From positions 48,670,001 through 48,734,000 of the forward strand of contig NC_135815.1 of NCBI RefSeq assembly GCF_964213995.1: 64,000 nucleotides of DNA. Direction: 5' to 3'. Origin of the DNA: Mustelus asterias (Eukaryota). Below, one piece after another: positions 39,326 through 52,400 of the stretch. Made by a program: the position numbers and the translations under genes. Below the pieces are notes generated by a model, which saw nothing but the letters and a program-made list of their open reading frames with translations, searched no databases and had not been told where the DNA came from. How positions within the stretch are numbered: position 1 is the stretch's first letter; the number at the start of each line of letters is the position of its first letter.

Positions 39326-41160
39326 TAGAACATAGAACATAGAACATTACAGCGCAGAACAGGCCCTTCGGCCCACGATGTTGCACCGACCAGTTAAAAA
39401 AAAAAACTGTGACCCTCCAACCTAAACCAATTTCTTTTCGTCCATGAACCTATCTACGGATCTCTTAAACGCCCCCAAACTAGGCGCATTTACTACTGAT
39501 GCTGGCAGGGCATTCCAATCCCTCACCACCCTCTGGGTAAAGAACCTACCCCTGACATCGGTTCTATAACTACCCCCCCTCAATTTAAAGCCATGCCCCC
39601 TCGTGCTGGATTTCTCCATCAGAGGAAAAAGGCTATCACTATCCACCCTATCTAAACCTCTAATCATCTTATATGTTTCAATAAGATCCCCTCTTAGCCG
39701 CCGCCTTTCCAGCGAAAACAATCCCAAATCCCTCAGCCTCTCCTCATAGGATCTCCCCTCCATACCAGGCAACATCCTGGTAAACCTCCTCTGCACCCTC
39801 TCCAAAGCCTCCACATCCTTCCTGTAATGTGGGGACCAGAACTGCACACAGTACTCCAAGTGCGGCCGCACCAGAGTTGTGTACAGTTGCAACATAACGC
39901 TACGACTCCTAAATTCAATCCCCCTACCAATAAACGCCAAGACACCATATGCCTTCTTAACAACCTTATCTACTTGATTCCCAACTTTCAGGGATCTATG
40001 CACACATACACCTAGATCCCTCTGCTCCTCCACACTATTCAAAGTCCTCCCGTTAGCCCTATACTCAACACAACTGTTATTCCTACCAAAGTGAATTACC
40101 TCACACTTCTCCGCATTAAACTCCATCCGCCACCTCTCGGCCCAACTTTGCAACCTGTCTAAGTCTTCCTGCAGACTACGACACCCTTCCTCACTGTCTA
40201 CCACACCACCGACTTTGGTGTCATCAGCAAATTTGCTAATCCACCCAACTATACCCTCATCCAGATCATTAATAAATATTACAAACAGCAGTGGCCCCAA
40301 AACAGATCCCTGAGGTACACCACTTGTAACCGCACTCCATGATGAATATTTACTATCAACCACCACCCTCTGTTTCCTATCCGCTAGCCAATTCCTGATC
40401 CAATTTCCTAGATCACCCCCAATCCCATACATCTGCATTTTCTGCAGAAGCCTACCATGGTGAACCTTATCAAACGCCTTACTAAAATCCATATATACCA
40501 CGTCCACTGCCTTGCCCCCATCCATCTCCTTGGTCACTTTCTCAAAAAACTCAATAAGGTTAGTAAGGCACGACCTACCTGCCACAAAACCATGCTGACT
40601 ATCACCTATCAATTCATTACTCTCCAAATAACTATAAATCCTATCCCTTATAATTTTTTCCAACATCTTGCCGACAACAGAAGTGAGACTCACCGGTCTA
40701 TAATTCCCGGGGAAGTCTCTGTTCCCCTTCTTAAACAATGGGACAACATTCGCTAACCTCCAATCTTCTGGTACTATACCAGAGGCCAACGACGACCTGA
40801 AGATCAGAGCCAGAGGCGCTGCAATCACTTCTCTTGCCTCCCAGAGAATCCTTGGATAAATCCCATCCGGACCAGGGGATTTATCTATTTTCAGACCCTC
40901 CAGAATATCCTGCACATCCTCCTTATCAACTGTAATACTGTCTATTCTACTCCCTTGCAACCCAGTGTCCTCCTCAGCTATATTCATGTCCCCTTGCGTG
41001 AACACCGAAGAGAAATATTGGTTCAATGCTTCACCAATCTCCTCCGGTTCCACACATAACTTCCCTCTGCCATCTATAACTGGCCCTAAACTTGCCCTAA
41101 CCAACCTTCTGTTCTTGACATACCTATAGAACGCCTTAGGATTCTCTTTAACCCTATCCT
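39326..41160 (-). mobile_element. Young 5'-truncated CR1 LINE with an uninterrupted RT reading frame
   Basis: The 560-aa ORF 41104-39422 has KSPGPDGIYP, NYRPVSLTS, VYMDFSKAFDKV, GVPQGSVLGP, SKFADDTK and RPHLEYCVQFWSP. (TTCTATG)n 3' tail at 39326-39347. Confidence 0.95.
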
Positions 41161-41329
41161 TAAGAAGGTCGTTCGTAATAAGAAAACAAACCCAAGGTTT
41201 AGCTCTTCATTCTGGGATGATCCTGGATTACTGAGTACTTTTGACAGAGGAGAGTAGAGGCTGATGGTGCTTGAATAAAAGCAAAATGCTGTTGCTGGAA
41301 ATCTGAGATAAAAACTGAAAATAGCAAGT

Positions 41330-41650
41330 CCTGTTTTGCAAGCCCAGGCAAGTCTGGCTGGAGACAATACACATCTCTTTAACCTGTGCTTAACCCTCTC
41401 TCCACTCACATTGTCTGTACCTTTAAGGCTTGATTACCTGTAAAGACTCTCATTCCAAACATTATCTTGTAAATTGAGTTTGTGTCTTTATATGCCCTGT
41501 TTGTGAACACAACTCTCACTCACCTGATGAAGGAGCAGCACTCCGAAAGCTTGTGGCTTGTGCTACCAAATAAACCTATTGGACTTTAACCTGGTGTTGT
41601 GAGACTTCTTACTGTGCTTACCCCAGTCCAACGGCGGCATCTCCACATCA
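41330..41650 (+). mobile_element. Penelope pLTR with the complete 3' terminus
   Basis: Homologous to 29520-29785 and ends ccccagtccaacggcggcatctccacatca. Confidence 0.85.
41521..41555 (+). ncRNA. Minimal hammerhead ribozyme motif
   Basis: CAC-CUGAUGA-A-GGAG(CAGCA)CUCC-GAAA-GCUU-GUG. Confidence 0.7.
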
Positions 41651-43123
41651 AGGCTAACATTTACAGCCCATTCCTAATTGCTCTTGAAGGTGCTAATTAG
41701 GTGCCTTTGAGAACTGCCACAGGTAAATTTCCAACAGTTTGATAAAACTGAGAGACTTGCTAGGCCATTTCAGAATCAATCACATTGCTGTTGACTTAGA
41801 ATCATAGAAATTCATAGAAACCCTACAGTGCAGAAGGAGGCCATTCGGCCCATCGAGTCTGCACCGACCACAATCCCACCCAGGCCCTACCCCTACATAT
41901 TTTACCCGCTAATCCCTCTAACCTACGCATCCCAGGACACTAAGGGGCAATTGAACATGGCCAATCAACCTAACCCGCACATCATACCAGAACAGACAAG
42001 GACAGCAGATTTCTCCCCCCTAAAGCCCATCTATTAGTTCCATGGTCACCATTACTGATACTGTCTTTCTATTTCAGATTTATTTAATTGACTGAAGTTC
42101 AACTCCCCAGCTGCTGTGGTGGGATTTGAATCATGGTTCAGGCCCTGGATTGCTACTCCAGTAACATAAACACTATGCCATCATTTCTGGATGGTTGTGT
42201 GTTTTCTGCTCAACACATTAAATCGGCAGAAAATGTAAATAATAGTAAAATGCTGATCTCCTGCAGATAAACCACAGCACATCAAATAGTATATTCACTA
42301 AACAGTAACAGAACCTTTTCAATGATAGGCCAGAGGCTTTCTGTTCTCTGCTACCTTTGATTGTGTAAAGCTAAACACCATTTTAATTTAATATGTCAGA
42401 ATTATTCCCTATTTTAATGCGATGCTTATCGATAGTAGTTCCATAATTGTGTTTATTGAGATCTCAAATTTTCTTTTGAAAGAGGTGCTACAAAAGCTTG
42501 ATTCCCCCCCCCCCCCCCCCCCCGGTTGCATTGTGTGGGAATAAAGATAAGCTTTCAGTCGAGTTTGATTATTTTGGTGAGAGCTTTCACTAAACAATTT
42601 GTTGGATCAGTGTAAATACTGTAGATTTTAAGAATTCTGAAGCATTTTGTTCCTTGTTGAGTTTCTGATCTCAACCAAGAGGTTGAGAATGATGCATATT
42701 ACATACAAAGACTTCCCCAGAGGGAATGCTAAGCAATTCTCTCTGAAAGAGAATTGATTCAGGTAAGAATGGAGGGGAATGGTAAACTAAAGTTTCATGA
42801 ATATTAATCCTTTGTACATTGTGTGTGGCAATATAGTCACTTATATGGAGCAATTCAAGCTGGGTTCGAATCTGCCATGTTAATTGAGGACGAAAGGGTG
42901 CAAATTTCATCAATCCAAAACATGAATATTTGCAATGCTAAACATATATAATTAATTGCTCACCTATCCATAATGCAATCACAAAACTAGCCCATTCCAT
43001 GTTTGTGAAGTTTGTATATCTGGTTAAACTTGTTTTCTGCAGTAAACCAGTGGAATTCTTTATTGGATAAGATGTATTCTTATTTTGGACCAATGTATTA
43101 CCATATTATATGTTTATGTTCAG

Positions 43124-43507
43124 GGCCTTGTGTGGGGTGTGGTGTATAAGCTTCCAGATGGAAAGGAAGACGAGGTGAAGGAATATCTTGACTTTCGAGA
43201 AAAAGATGGTTACAGGACCATTACTGTCACATTTTATCCTAAGGATACTTCAATAGATCCTTTCCCTGTGATGCAATATATAGGAACATGTGATAATCCC
43301 AATTACTTGGGCCCAGCACCCTTGGAAGACATGGCTCTGCAGATTTTAAATGCTGTTGGGCAAAGTGGAAGGAACACGGAGTACTTGTTTGAACTTGCCA
43401 ACTCCTTACGAAAGCTTGTTCCAGAAGATACAGATGAACACCTCTTTTCATTGGAGAAAATGGTCAAGGAGCTTTTAGAGAGAAATGGAAAAAGTAACTA
43501 TATATAA
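43124..43507 (+). CDS. CHAC2: CHAC2 exon 3 to stop codon; spliced protein is 184 aa
   Basis: ttcag|GGC CTT GTG TGG... gives [11 protein letters not shown]...[10 protein letters not shown]...[11 protein letters not shown]...[16 protein letters not shown]...NYI*. Candidate AATAAA signals at 43892 and 45405. Confidence 0.97.
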   Translation, partial: GLVWGVVYKLPDGKEDEVKEYLDFREKDGYRTITVTFYPKDTSIDPFPVMQYIGTCDNPNYLGPAPLEDMALQILNAVGQSGRNTEYLFELANSLRKLVPEDTDEHLFSLEKMVKELLERNGKSNYI

Positions 43508-44119
43508 AGGATTGTTGCAATACAACAGAACTGGATCGGAGACTTTCTTCTTAACCCCTTTTTACTCTTAATTTATTCTTGCTGTATCGTTATTATTCCT
43601 GACAATGTCCACCAAAATAAGAATAGAAGGTACTGAATGCAATGCTGATGACCTCAATGTGATATTTAAAAAGTAACTATGTACTCCGTGTATCAAAATG
43701 TGTTCTCATTATTTAGCCATGGTGCTTAGTAAAGTCATGCTTACACTGGAGGTGTACTTGCCAACAAGTCTGGTTACAAATTAAACCCAAGAATGATTTA
43801 CGCTGAATATTTGGGTATTATTGGTAATATTTTTAGTATTGTCATAAATTCAAGTGAAGTCAAATTTCAACTTGGCAGGATGATATTAGCCAATAAAGTA
43901 TCATTCATTTGGATGTTGCCTGCCTGTCTTGTTGCTGGAAACAGCAAACATCCAGTGTTTAAAATCAGTGTATTATATGTACCGTAGATGAATGTTGGAT
44001 TGCAGAATTCGTCCCAGAAGTTGACTTGTATGTATAACATCTGATAATCGAAGCATTTCTATTGTGACCATTGTAAATGGCTCTGTAGCACGTCCCAACA
44101 GAACCTGAAGGACACTTAA

Positions 44120-44910
44120 TTAAAAACAGAAAATGCTGGAAATATTCAGTAACATCTTTGGAAAGAGAAACAGATTTAAGGTTTAATTCAATACTGTTAG
44201 ATTTTAACAGTCTTTTAAACAAGGAAAGGAAAGAACAACAGGAAAGGGATGTAATACATTGGTAGGCAAGAGTGATTAAATGACAAAAAGGGATGATGGA
44301 GCCAGGTAAAAGGAGTGGTAATGGACAAGGGCATTACAACAGTGACCATTATAACAGTAATGATGTATTTTTTAAAAAAGTGCTTCCTACATACTGAAGT
44401 TGTGAAAGGTGCTATGTAAGTGCAAGTTTTTCTTTACAAGAATCAAATAGTCCCGGGGGCTTTAAATAACAGCTGTCTGGAAAATGTGGGGGTGATGTTA
44501 TGATCTGAAATTGTTGAACTCAACATTAAGTTCGGTAAGTTATCTTCATAACCACTGCTTCTATATTTTTTGCAAAGAGCCAGTACTGGTAATCATTCTA
44601 CTGTTAACGTTTACAACTCCTTTTGACCAATTTTCCCCTTTTTCATGCATCATTACCAGCCCCTTTTTGCTTTGCACCGTCATTCTTTTTTATTATTTAA
44701 CCACTCTGCTTTCCACCCTATAACAAATCATTCCTCCCCTGTCCCACCCCTTGCCCGTCTAGACATACTTAAAAACTGTAAAATCCCTAACTTTTTCTAG
44801 TTCTGATTTATGGTTATTGATCTGAAACATTAACTCTGTTTCTCTCTCTTCAATACTGCCTGTCCTACTGAGTATTTCCAGCATTTTCTACTTTTAGATT
44901 TCCAGCGTGA
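44120..44910. mobile_element. Old PLE-derived element with inverted ends, in the CHAC2 3' region
   Basis: aaaacagaaaatgctggaaatattcag near 44123 is inverted relative to ctgagtatttccagcattttct near 44868. Same family as 4390-4480 and 22040-22170. Confidence 0.55.
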
Positions 44911-45679
44911 GTAAATGTATTCATTTTGTACATTAGACCATTTTGTACATCAGTACGTTGCATATTCTAGGTGTTTGGTCAAAGCCGCAAATGTCCGAAT
45001 TGCACTAAACTTGTGTACATGGTTTCTGAACAATATCTGCCTCTCTACTTCAGGGTTTTAACACTAAATCGATATACGCAGATTTTTGCCAAATATTTGG
45101 AAAAGGTGAGGTTGCAAACTACAATACAATGAGCTATAATTATTTTCAGACTATAAAAGCTATCAATAGAAACAAATATCATTTTCTGTTAGTTTTAAAT
45201 TATAATAGAAGCTAGTGTGTTTTGACTTGCACTGGAAACTACATTTAAATCGGGATTGCTCTAAAGCACCATTGTGATTCTCATTTGTCAAGCTGCTGTT
45301 GTTTAGCAAGTGATTCTGTTTTTCATGAATGTAAAGTAATGTCATTATTGAACTTTATTTACCAGTTTTAAATGAACCTCAAAGAAACAGCCATTTTTAA
45401 AAAAAATAAAAATGTAATACCATTAATGAGACTGTCGATTCTTAAAAAAAATGAATTCCTTCATTGGTGTTTGCTAAGACTGACAAATTCAAAAACTCAT
45501 TCTAATTTGAGTGGGAATCATGTTTTATGTGGTACTGACAGCTCTTAAAGTCTGCAGCTAACAAGCCTAATTTCCATTTGGTATTCCCTGCTAACCTGTT
45601 TAACACGCAGCTATTTTTATAGCTCCAAGTGGAATTAATTTCCAGATTCCATCCCTTTCTAATTGGAAAACTTGAATTT

Positions 45680-46680
45680 TACAGGAAAGTCATTTGATCT
45701 GTCATGCCCTGTGATAGCCCTTTGAAAAAACTGTCTAATTTAGTCCTAAACTCCAGTTTTTTCCCCCATAACCCTGAAAATTAGTTCTCTTCAAATGCAT
45801 GTCCAATTGACTTTTGAAAGTTCCTATGGAATTTGAATCCCCAAGCTTTCAGATAGTGTGAATCAGATCATGATAACCCTCTTATTTGAAACAATTTCTC
45901 ATCCAGTTCTTTGCCAATTATTTTAAATCTATGACCTGGGGTTGCCAACCCAACAGCCAAAGCAACCCCTTCTCTTTCATCTCTCAAAATTCTTCATAAC
46001 TTTTAGTTAGTTTTAGGCTATAATAGAAGCTAGTCAAGACTTCTGGCCTGCACTGAAAATTACTTCAAAAATCTGGATTGCTCTAAGGCACCACTATGAT
46101 TCACAATTGTGAAGCCTCTATTGGAGTTCTGCTTAACTTTATCAATCCCAACTTCTCCAATCTCTGCACATAACTACCATCCTGATTCCTGGAATCAGCC
46201 TATTAAACATTCTCTGTACTGTCTCCAAGGCCTTAACATCATCCCAAAAGTGTGATGCCCAGAAATCTTCCCAGCACTCCAGCTGAGGACAGACCACTGA
46301 TCTGTGAAGATTTTGTATAACTCCCTTGTTTTTGTCCCCACGGCCTATTTAGCAAGCTAAAGGGCCCATAAGGTTTCTTAGTTGCTTTATCAATTTGCCC
46401 TGCCACCTTCAAGGATTTGTGACAATGCGCCTATGCAGCTTCAGGTCCCTCTGCTCACCTTGATCAATCCTCTGTTATTTCACCAATCAGGTAGGTCGGG
46501 CATGATTTGCCTTTAACAAATCCATGCTAGCTCACTCTTACTCTGTGCTTCTCCAAATAATTTTGTTTTTAACTGGTTTGTCGTAGTTTTACCACCACTG
46601 ATATAGCATTGGTTCCAAGCTATATCTCTTTATAAAAGTGCAGTAACATTTGAAATTCCCCATTTTTTCAGCATTATTGA
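45680..46680 (-). mobile_element. Decayed CR1 fragment
   Basis: Reverse-strand remnants gggcatgatttgcctttaacaaatccatgct and aatttgccctgccaccttcaagga. Confidence 0.6.
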
Positions 46681-46689
46681 AAGAATAAT

Positions 46690-46985
46690 TGCTTCACAGC
46701 TTCAGGGACCTGGGTTCGATTCCTGGCTCAGGTCACTGTGTGGAGTTTGCACATTCTCCTCGTGTCTGCGTGGATTTCCTCCGGGTGCTCCGGTTTCCTC
46801 CCACAGTCCAAAGGTGTGCAGATTAGGTTGATTGGCCATGCTAAAACTGTCCCTTAGTGTCCTAAGATGCGTAGGTAAGACGGATTAGGGATATGTAGGG
46901 ATGTGGGGGTAGGGCCTGGGTGGGATTGTGGTCAGTGCAGACTTGATGGGCCGAATGGCCTCTTTCTGTGCTGTAGGGGTTCTGT
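46690..46985 (+). mobile_element. HE1/V-SINE family SINE
   Basis: Near-identical to 63369-63686. Confidence 0.9.
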
Positions 46986-47349
46986 GAAAATTATTCCCAT
47001 GTCCAACAGGATTGAAAGATTCTGGTCAGAGCTCCTGCTGTCTCCACTCTAGCTTTCCTCAGCAACCTAGCATTCTCTCCATCTACTTTTATTATGCCAA
47101 CAGATTTTGGTTCTATATACTATCTCTACACCTACCCATGTGTGACCATTACAAGCAAGTTGGGAGAATTTATAATTAGAAAAAGAAAATGGCAGAGAAA
47201 CTAAAATAGGCCTGGATTTTCCATTCCCATTCACGTCGGGTGGATTTGACGACGGGGGTGGAAAATATCATTAGAAGTATAATTGCATTGAGCTTATAAT
47301 TTTGAGTCTATTGAAATTTTTGAATGGAAAATTATAACCCATAGTTATG

Positions 47350-47640
47350 GATGGCATGGTGGTACAGTGATTAGCACTGCTGCCTCACAGTGCTAGGGAC
47401 CAGAGTTCAATTCCTGGCTTGGTACTGTCTGTGTGGAGTCTATACGTTCTCCCTGGGTTTGTGTGGGTTTCGTCCAGGTGCTCCAGTTTCCCCTCTGAAA
47501 GACGTGTTGATTAGGTGCATTGGCCATGCTAAATTCTCCCTCAGTGTACCCAAACAGGCACCGGAGTGTGGCGACGAGGGGATTTTCACGTAACTTCATT
47601 GCAGTGTTAATGCAAGCCTACTTGTGACACAAATAAACTT
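47350..47640 (+). mobile_element. HE1/V-SINE family SINE
   Basis: tRNA head and V-domain; tail as in 10497-10775. Confidence 0.85.
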
Positions 47641-49459
47641 TACAAAATAGTTACTGAGAAGTAGCCTCGCAAACATCAATTGCTCCTTCTCTAAGTGTTC
47701 CTAATGGATTTTGTCACATTTTATATTTTTACATCTTGTAAGCCCTAAAAGATCATGAAGAATAAATTTAGGTTTTGAAAGTACTAATTTTATGTTCTCC
47801 CACATATAAAGAAAAAAATGAACAATCCCAACTGGGGAAGCTACAGGGATACTTTTACATTTTAAGAATATCATTATCCTAAGCTCTGCTTTGTGGATGC
47901 TCTATACCCAGACCACAAACTTCACTATTTCAGGATTTATATCATCCTTTGGTTTTCCAATGGACCAGCAAAAGTAAGTAAGAAGGAGCCAATTAATTTC
48001 ATTGCTTACACTAAAAATACTTTTTAGGACTACTTGTCCTTTCCAAAGCTTAAATCTCAGACCTTAACATGAATAAAGGAAAAAATTGGCAACCTGTGAC
48101 AGTCAATTTGCAACTGCTCAGGTTCAATTCAAAGAAGGTTTAATTCAACAATGTGTTTATACAGTGCCTTGAATATAATACAATTCCCCAAGGCACTTCT
48201 GAGGTATTGCAAATCAAAATATGACATCAAGACCCATAAGATATTGGGGCAGATTATTAAAGGCTTATAGGTAAGTTTTAAGGAGTATCTAACAGGAGGA
48301 AAGAAAGACATGTTTGTGGAGGGAATTTCAGAGGTTAGGGTTCAGACAGCTGATTAGAAGCAGAGATATTGTGAAGGTAGGAGGGCTGGAGGAGATTATA
48401 GGAGGAGGGAGGAGCCAGGCCATAGTGGAATTCGAAAACAAGGATGAGGATTTCAAAATTGAGACACTGTTAAATGCAAGTCAGTGTAGGTCAGCAAGCA
48501 GGGGAGTGATGGGTGTGAGCTGGAACATAAGAATTAGGAGCAGGATAAGGCAATTCAGCCGCTCGAGCCTGTTCTGCCAATCATTATGATCATGGCCGAT
48601 CTCATCTCCACCTTCCTACCTGCTCCCCATAACCCTTCATCCCATTAATTAAAAACCTCTCTTTCTCTTCAAGATGGTGGGAATCACTACTGGTTTCCCA
48701 AAAACAGAAGCCCATTGAGAGCACTATGTCGAGGGCTCAGAAGAGATTATAGCCCCCGGTGATGAAGGAAACTGCTGGGCAGTGCACTGGCAGAAGAGCC
48801 TAGAAGCTGAAGGCAGAAGTTTTACTGCAGCAGAAGAGAATCTCCCTTGGAAGACCAGCTTCAGTGCATAGAGTCCATAGTCAGCAAGGGTGAGCTAAAC
48901 TTTAACTTCCAGACTGCAGCTAGTCCTGAGAGACCCTTTTCAGTAATTCCATCGTGCATTTTTTCTGAACGAAACCCATTGCTAATCATGATTCCTAATT
49001 CCAAACTCATGATTCCTGAGTTCAGAAATAAAAATTAATAATTAAATTACTCGGCCTGTAAGGAACATCAAGCCTGTGTTGACTTTGAATGCTTCACTAA
49101 CGATAGTAAACCGCTGAACGAAAGAAGTCGATGGACCCACACAAACCATTGTTAAAATAGTATTCAGCCACCAAAACCAGGAAGCGTAGAAATTCCCCTT
49201 TGTCTCTGAAGAGTCCGACAACACTACCTTGAAATCCGGAGAGCTAACAGAAACTCCATTGGGAAAAAAATTTTTAAAAGACAGAGCAAACATCACCTTA
49301 CTATCAATCTCCAAAGCTCAGAGAAGCAAATTGCTGGCAAACATTATTAGTTTAAATTTTCTTTTTTGCAGAGTCAAACAGCTGATAAGTTTAAAAAGAA
49401 ACATCCCACGATTGCAGCGGGAGCCCACAGAACCCAACAAAAAGTGCCGGAAGATCAGA

Positions 49460-52400
49460 GGATAAAATATGGCGGCAGCAAGCCATTTTTAAGAGAGAAG
49501 AAACAGTTCCTGCACAGACATTCTTAACAGCTGTGATTGGAGAAGAAAAAAATGACCATGGATCATAAATGCAACTTATCAGGTAAATTTGGATTCAGCC
49601 CAGGGCCAAATCTAATGAAAAATTGGGTGTCCTGGAGCATGGAATTTTTAAACAACTGGAGAATATCAGGTCTCAGTAAGAAATCAGAAGAAGTCCAGCT
49701 AAATACCTTTTCATCTTCATTTGGTGAACTTGCTGACAACATAATCATGATGCAGTGCACTGATGAATCCACAATCTTCGAGTGGAGGAGCATAGGGAGC
49801 TTAAAAAGAGGCATCGAAAACCCTCAGTAACATGATGAAAAAGACAAAAGGCAGCATCCAAACAAACCACACAAGAAACACAGAAGCCCCTGGGAAGCCC
49901 AAGGTAGAAGCCCCAAATGATTTCCTTTTTGAAGATGTGGACGCATTTCCAGAACTCTACCAGAAGCTGATGGTGACAAGGAACAAGATCTGTGCCAGGC
50001 AGATCAAGAAAAAGCAGAAGTGCAATCAGAGAACATTTGTTGAAAGAACTCAACCTGAAATACAGCCAGGCACAACAGAAGGCAAGAAAGACACCAACAG
50101 GGCTCATTGCCAATTCTTTGACAAGCCAATACATGTCCCTGGAAAAACACAAGCAATTGCAGATAACATTGGACTGCTGCTTCAGAAAGAGCTGTGTTAG
50201 ATTTGTAGAGTGAGAAAAAAACTGCTGAACAAGAAAATAAATAGTTGAAGGAACAGCTAATTGTCCTTCAGGATCAGATTCAACAAGACTCTTCAGCAAC
50301 AAGGCTGAAAAAAAAATACCTTGAACAGCAGAATGGCAGAACAGACTCAATGAAACTCTGCTAAAATGCAAGAAAACTCAAGGTGAAGGACTTGAGCTTT
50401 GTAATGTAAAGGAAAATCTGCTGATGGACCTTCGCAGGCTACAAGGATCCCTCAGGTCCAAGTTTGTCCCTCAAGAACATTATGAAGTGAGACAAAACAA
50501 AGTTACCAGCTTTCAGAGAGGACTCGGGAGTGTTCACTATTCCAGGAGGAAGCCAAGAGATACAAGAATGAGGCTCAGTTCTGAAGAAAAAAGTTGCACA
50601 TTTGGAAGGAACCTTGAAAAAACATTATAAGAACACAGAATAACAAATGAAGCTGGGAGTTCTCACTAAAGGGTGTGAGGTCTTTCACAAACAATTGGCA
50701 GAAACGCAATTGAGCATGAAAGATAACACACAGGAATTACACACTGCCAAGGAAAAACTGAAAAACTGCAGATACAACGTATGGCAGCAAACAGATCTTT
50801 GAACTGATGTACATTGTCCATAACCGGCCTTTCCGTCTACTGGGCAGGGATGCCTCTATCCCCCGGATCTCCTCCAGATGGTGGAGGATGTCAAGACTAC
50901 CACCGTTCCTAATTACTCAGCCAAAACAACACGGTCCTGTGCGCTCAAATACTAAACTGTACTTAGATTTGGAGCTCACCTTCGTTCCCACTTCTCTCTT
51001 TGCACCGCAGGTTTGTCCATTATTGTGGCAAGTTCCTAAAAGTCCCTAGTGGTCAGACCAACCTACCGCTCACTAAATTACCATTGCACCTCTGGTGGAA
51101 GTAGTACCAGAGAATGATCAGCAGTTGAGAAGCCTCTATCTTCTGGTACAACTGGTTGACATGGCAACCACTGTGCGTACACAGCAAATTCCTGCCAACA
51201 TGCTATAAACACAAGGGATACCAGAACCTGATACCAGTCTCACACCATTGATAACAAAATGCTGAGGTGAGCATGCCACTAAACATTCTTCTCGCCACAA
51301 GAATGTTCTTCCTCAGCCTTGAGGCTTCAAGACAGCGCACATGGAGAAAGAAGAAAAAGCAGCACCAATGAGGCGAATACCTTGTCCATCCCGTCCCCCC
51401 CGCAAGAAACAATCAAAAGTAACAGCAACCATGGATCAACCCAAGGGCCAAACTGACCAGGCATGGGTCAATATTAAACACTGAAAGAAAAGCGTGAAAG
51501 TCTAGATAAATACCTGTCCAACCTCCAAGCCAATAGCAAGTACCAGAACCAACAGAGCCTGCCATCTTCCAACAGGACAGCGAATGAGATGTGGGGTATA
51601 TGGCCTCCAGACTGCGTGAACCTCTAACCTCATAGACTTGAAGACGGAGGGTGGCGTATCCTATGTATGCTTAGCCCTGTTTACTTCAGTCTATGCAAAG
51701 ACTTCATTTTTAAATATTTCTGCCTATGCAACTAACCCTGCTAACTTGACTACATGTAGAATCAGAAGTCTAAAGGTTAGCTAAAAATTGACTGCATTCC
51801 TGAAGGGTACACAATACAGACAAACAACAGTATAACAGCAGCTGCAAAATTGTTTTTCTAAGTCGGAGACAGCCTGCGAAAAACATTTTCAATAACGAGA
51901 TAATGGTTGAAATATAGTTTGGATTTTAGTGTGTTTTTTTTCAGTTTTGTTTTCAAGATGCGTTCAGTGCGTTCAAGTTCAGTCCAGGAGCTGGCAGTAA
52001 AAGACAGACTCCAAGTTCGCTTTTCTTTCTCTTTTCGCTTCTGTCATGTTAATAATTTCTTTAAGTTCTGTTCAATAAAAGAAAACTCGCATCAGTGCTG
52101 TCCCCTCGCCTATTCAAATGAATGAATGGACCCAACAGGTAGTGAGAATGTTGTTAATGTTAAAACTAATACAGCAATAACGTTGGAATAACATTGAGTT
52201 TGTAACGAGAAGATAAATTAATGAGTCTTAAAACAATGTAAGGCTCGAAGTAAACAAATGTAACTCTATATGCATGGGATAAATACTTTGGGGAGATATG
52301 GTATAAGGGTCTGGTATTTACAGAGTTAATGTGGAACAGAGTATGGGAGCACCCACACATTGGTGTAAGAAGGCACATGACCCAGAGGTAGAGTGAGTAT

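Noticed and set aside
13946-41650. Repeated ccaaataaacctgttggactttaacctggtg motif as a CRISPR-like array
   Set aside because: The copies are dispersed, occur in both orientations and are part of PLE pLTRs. There is no regular repeat-spacer periodicity.
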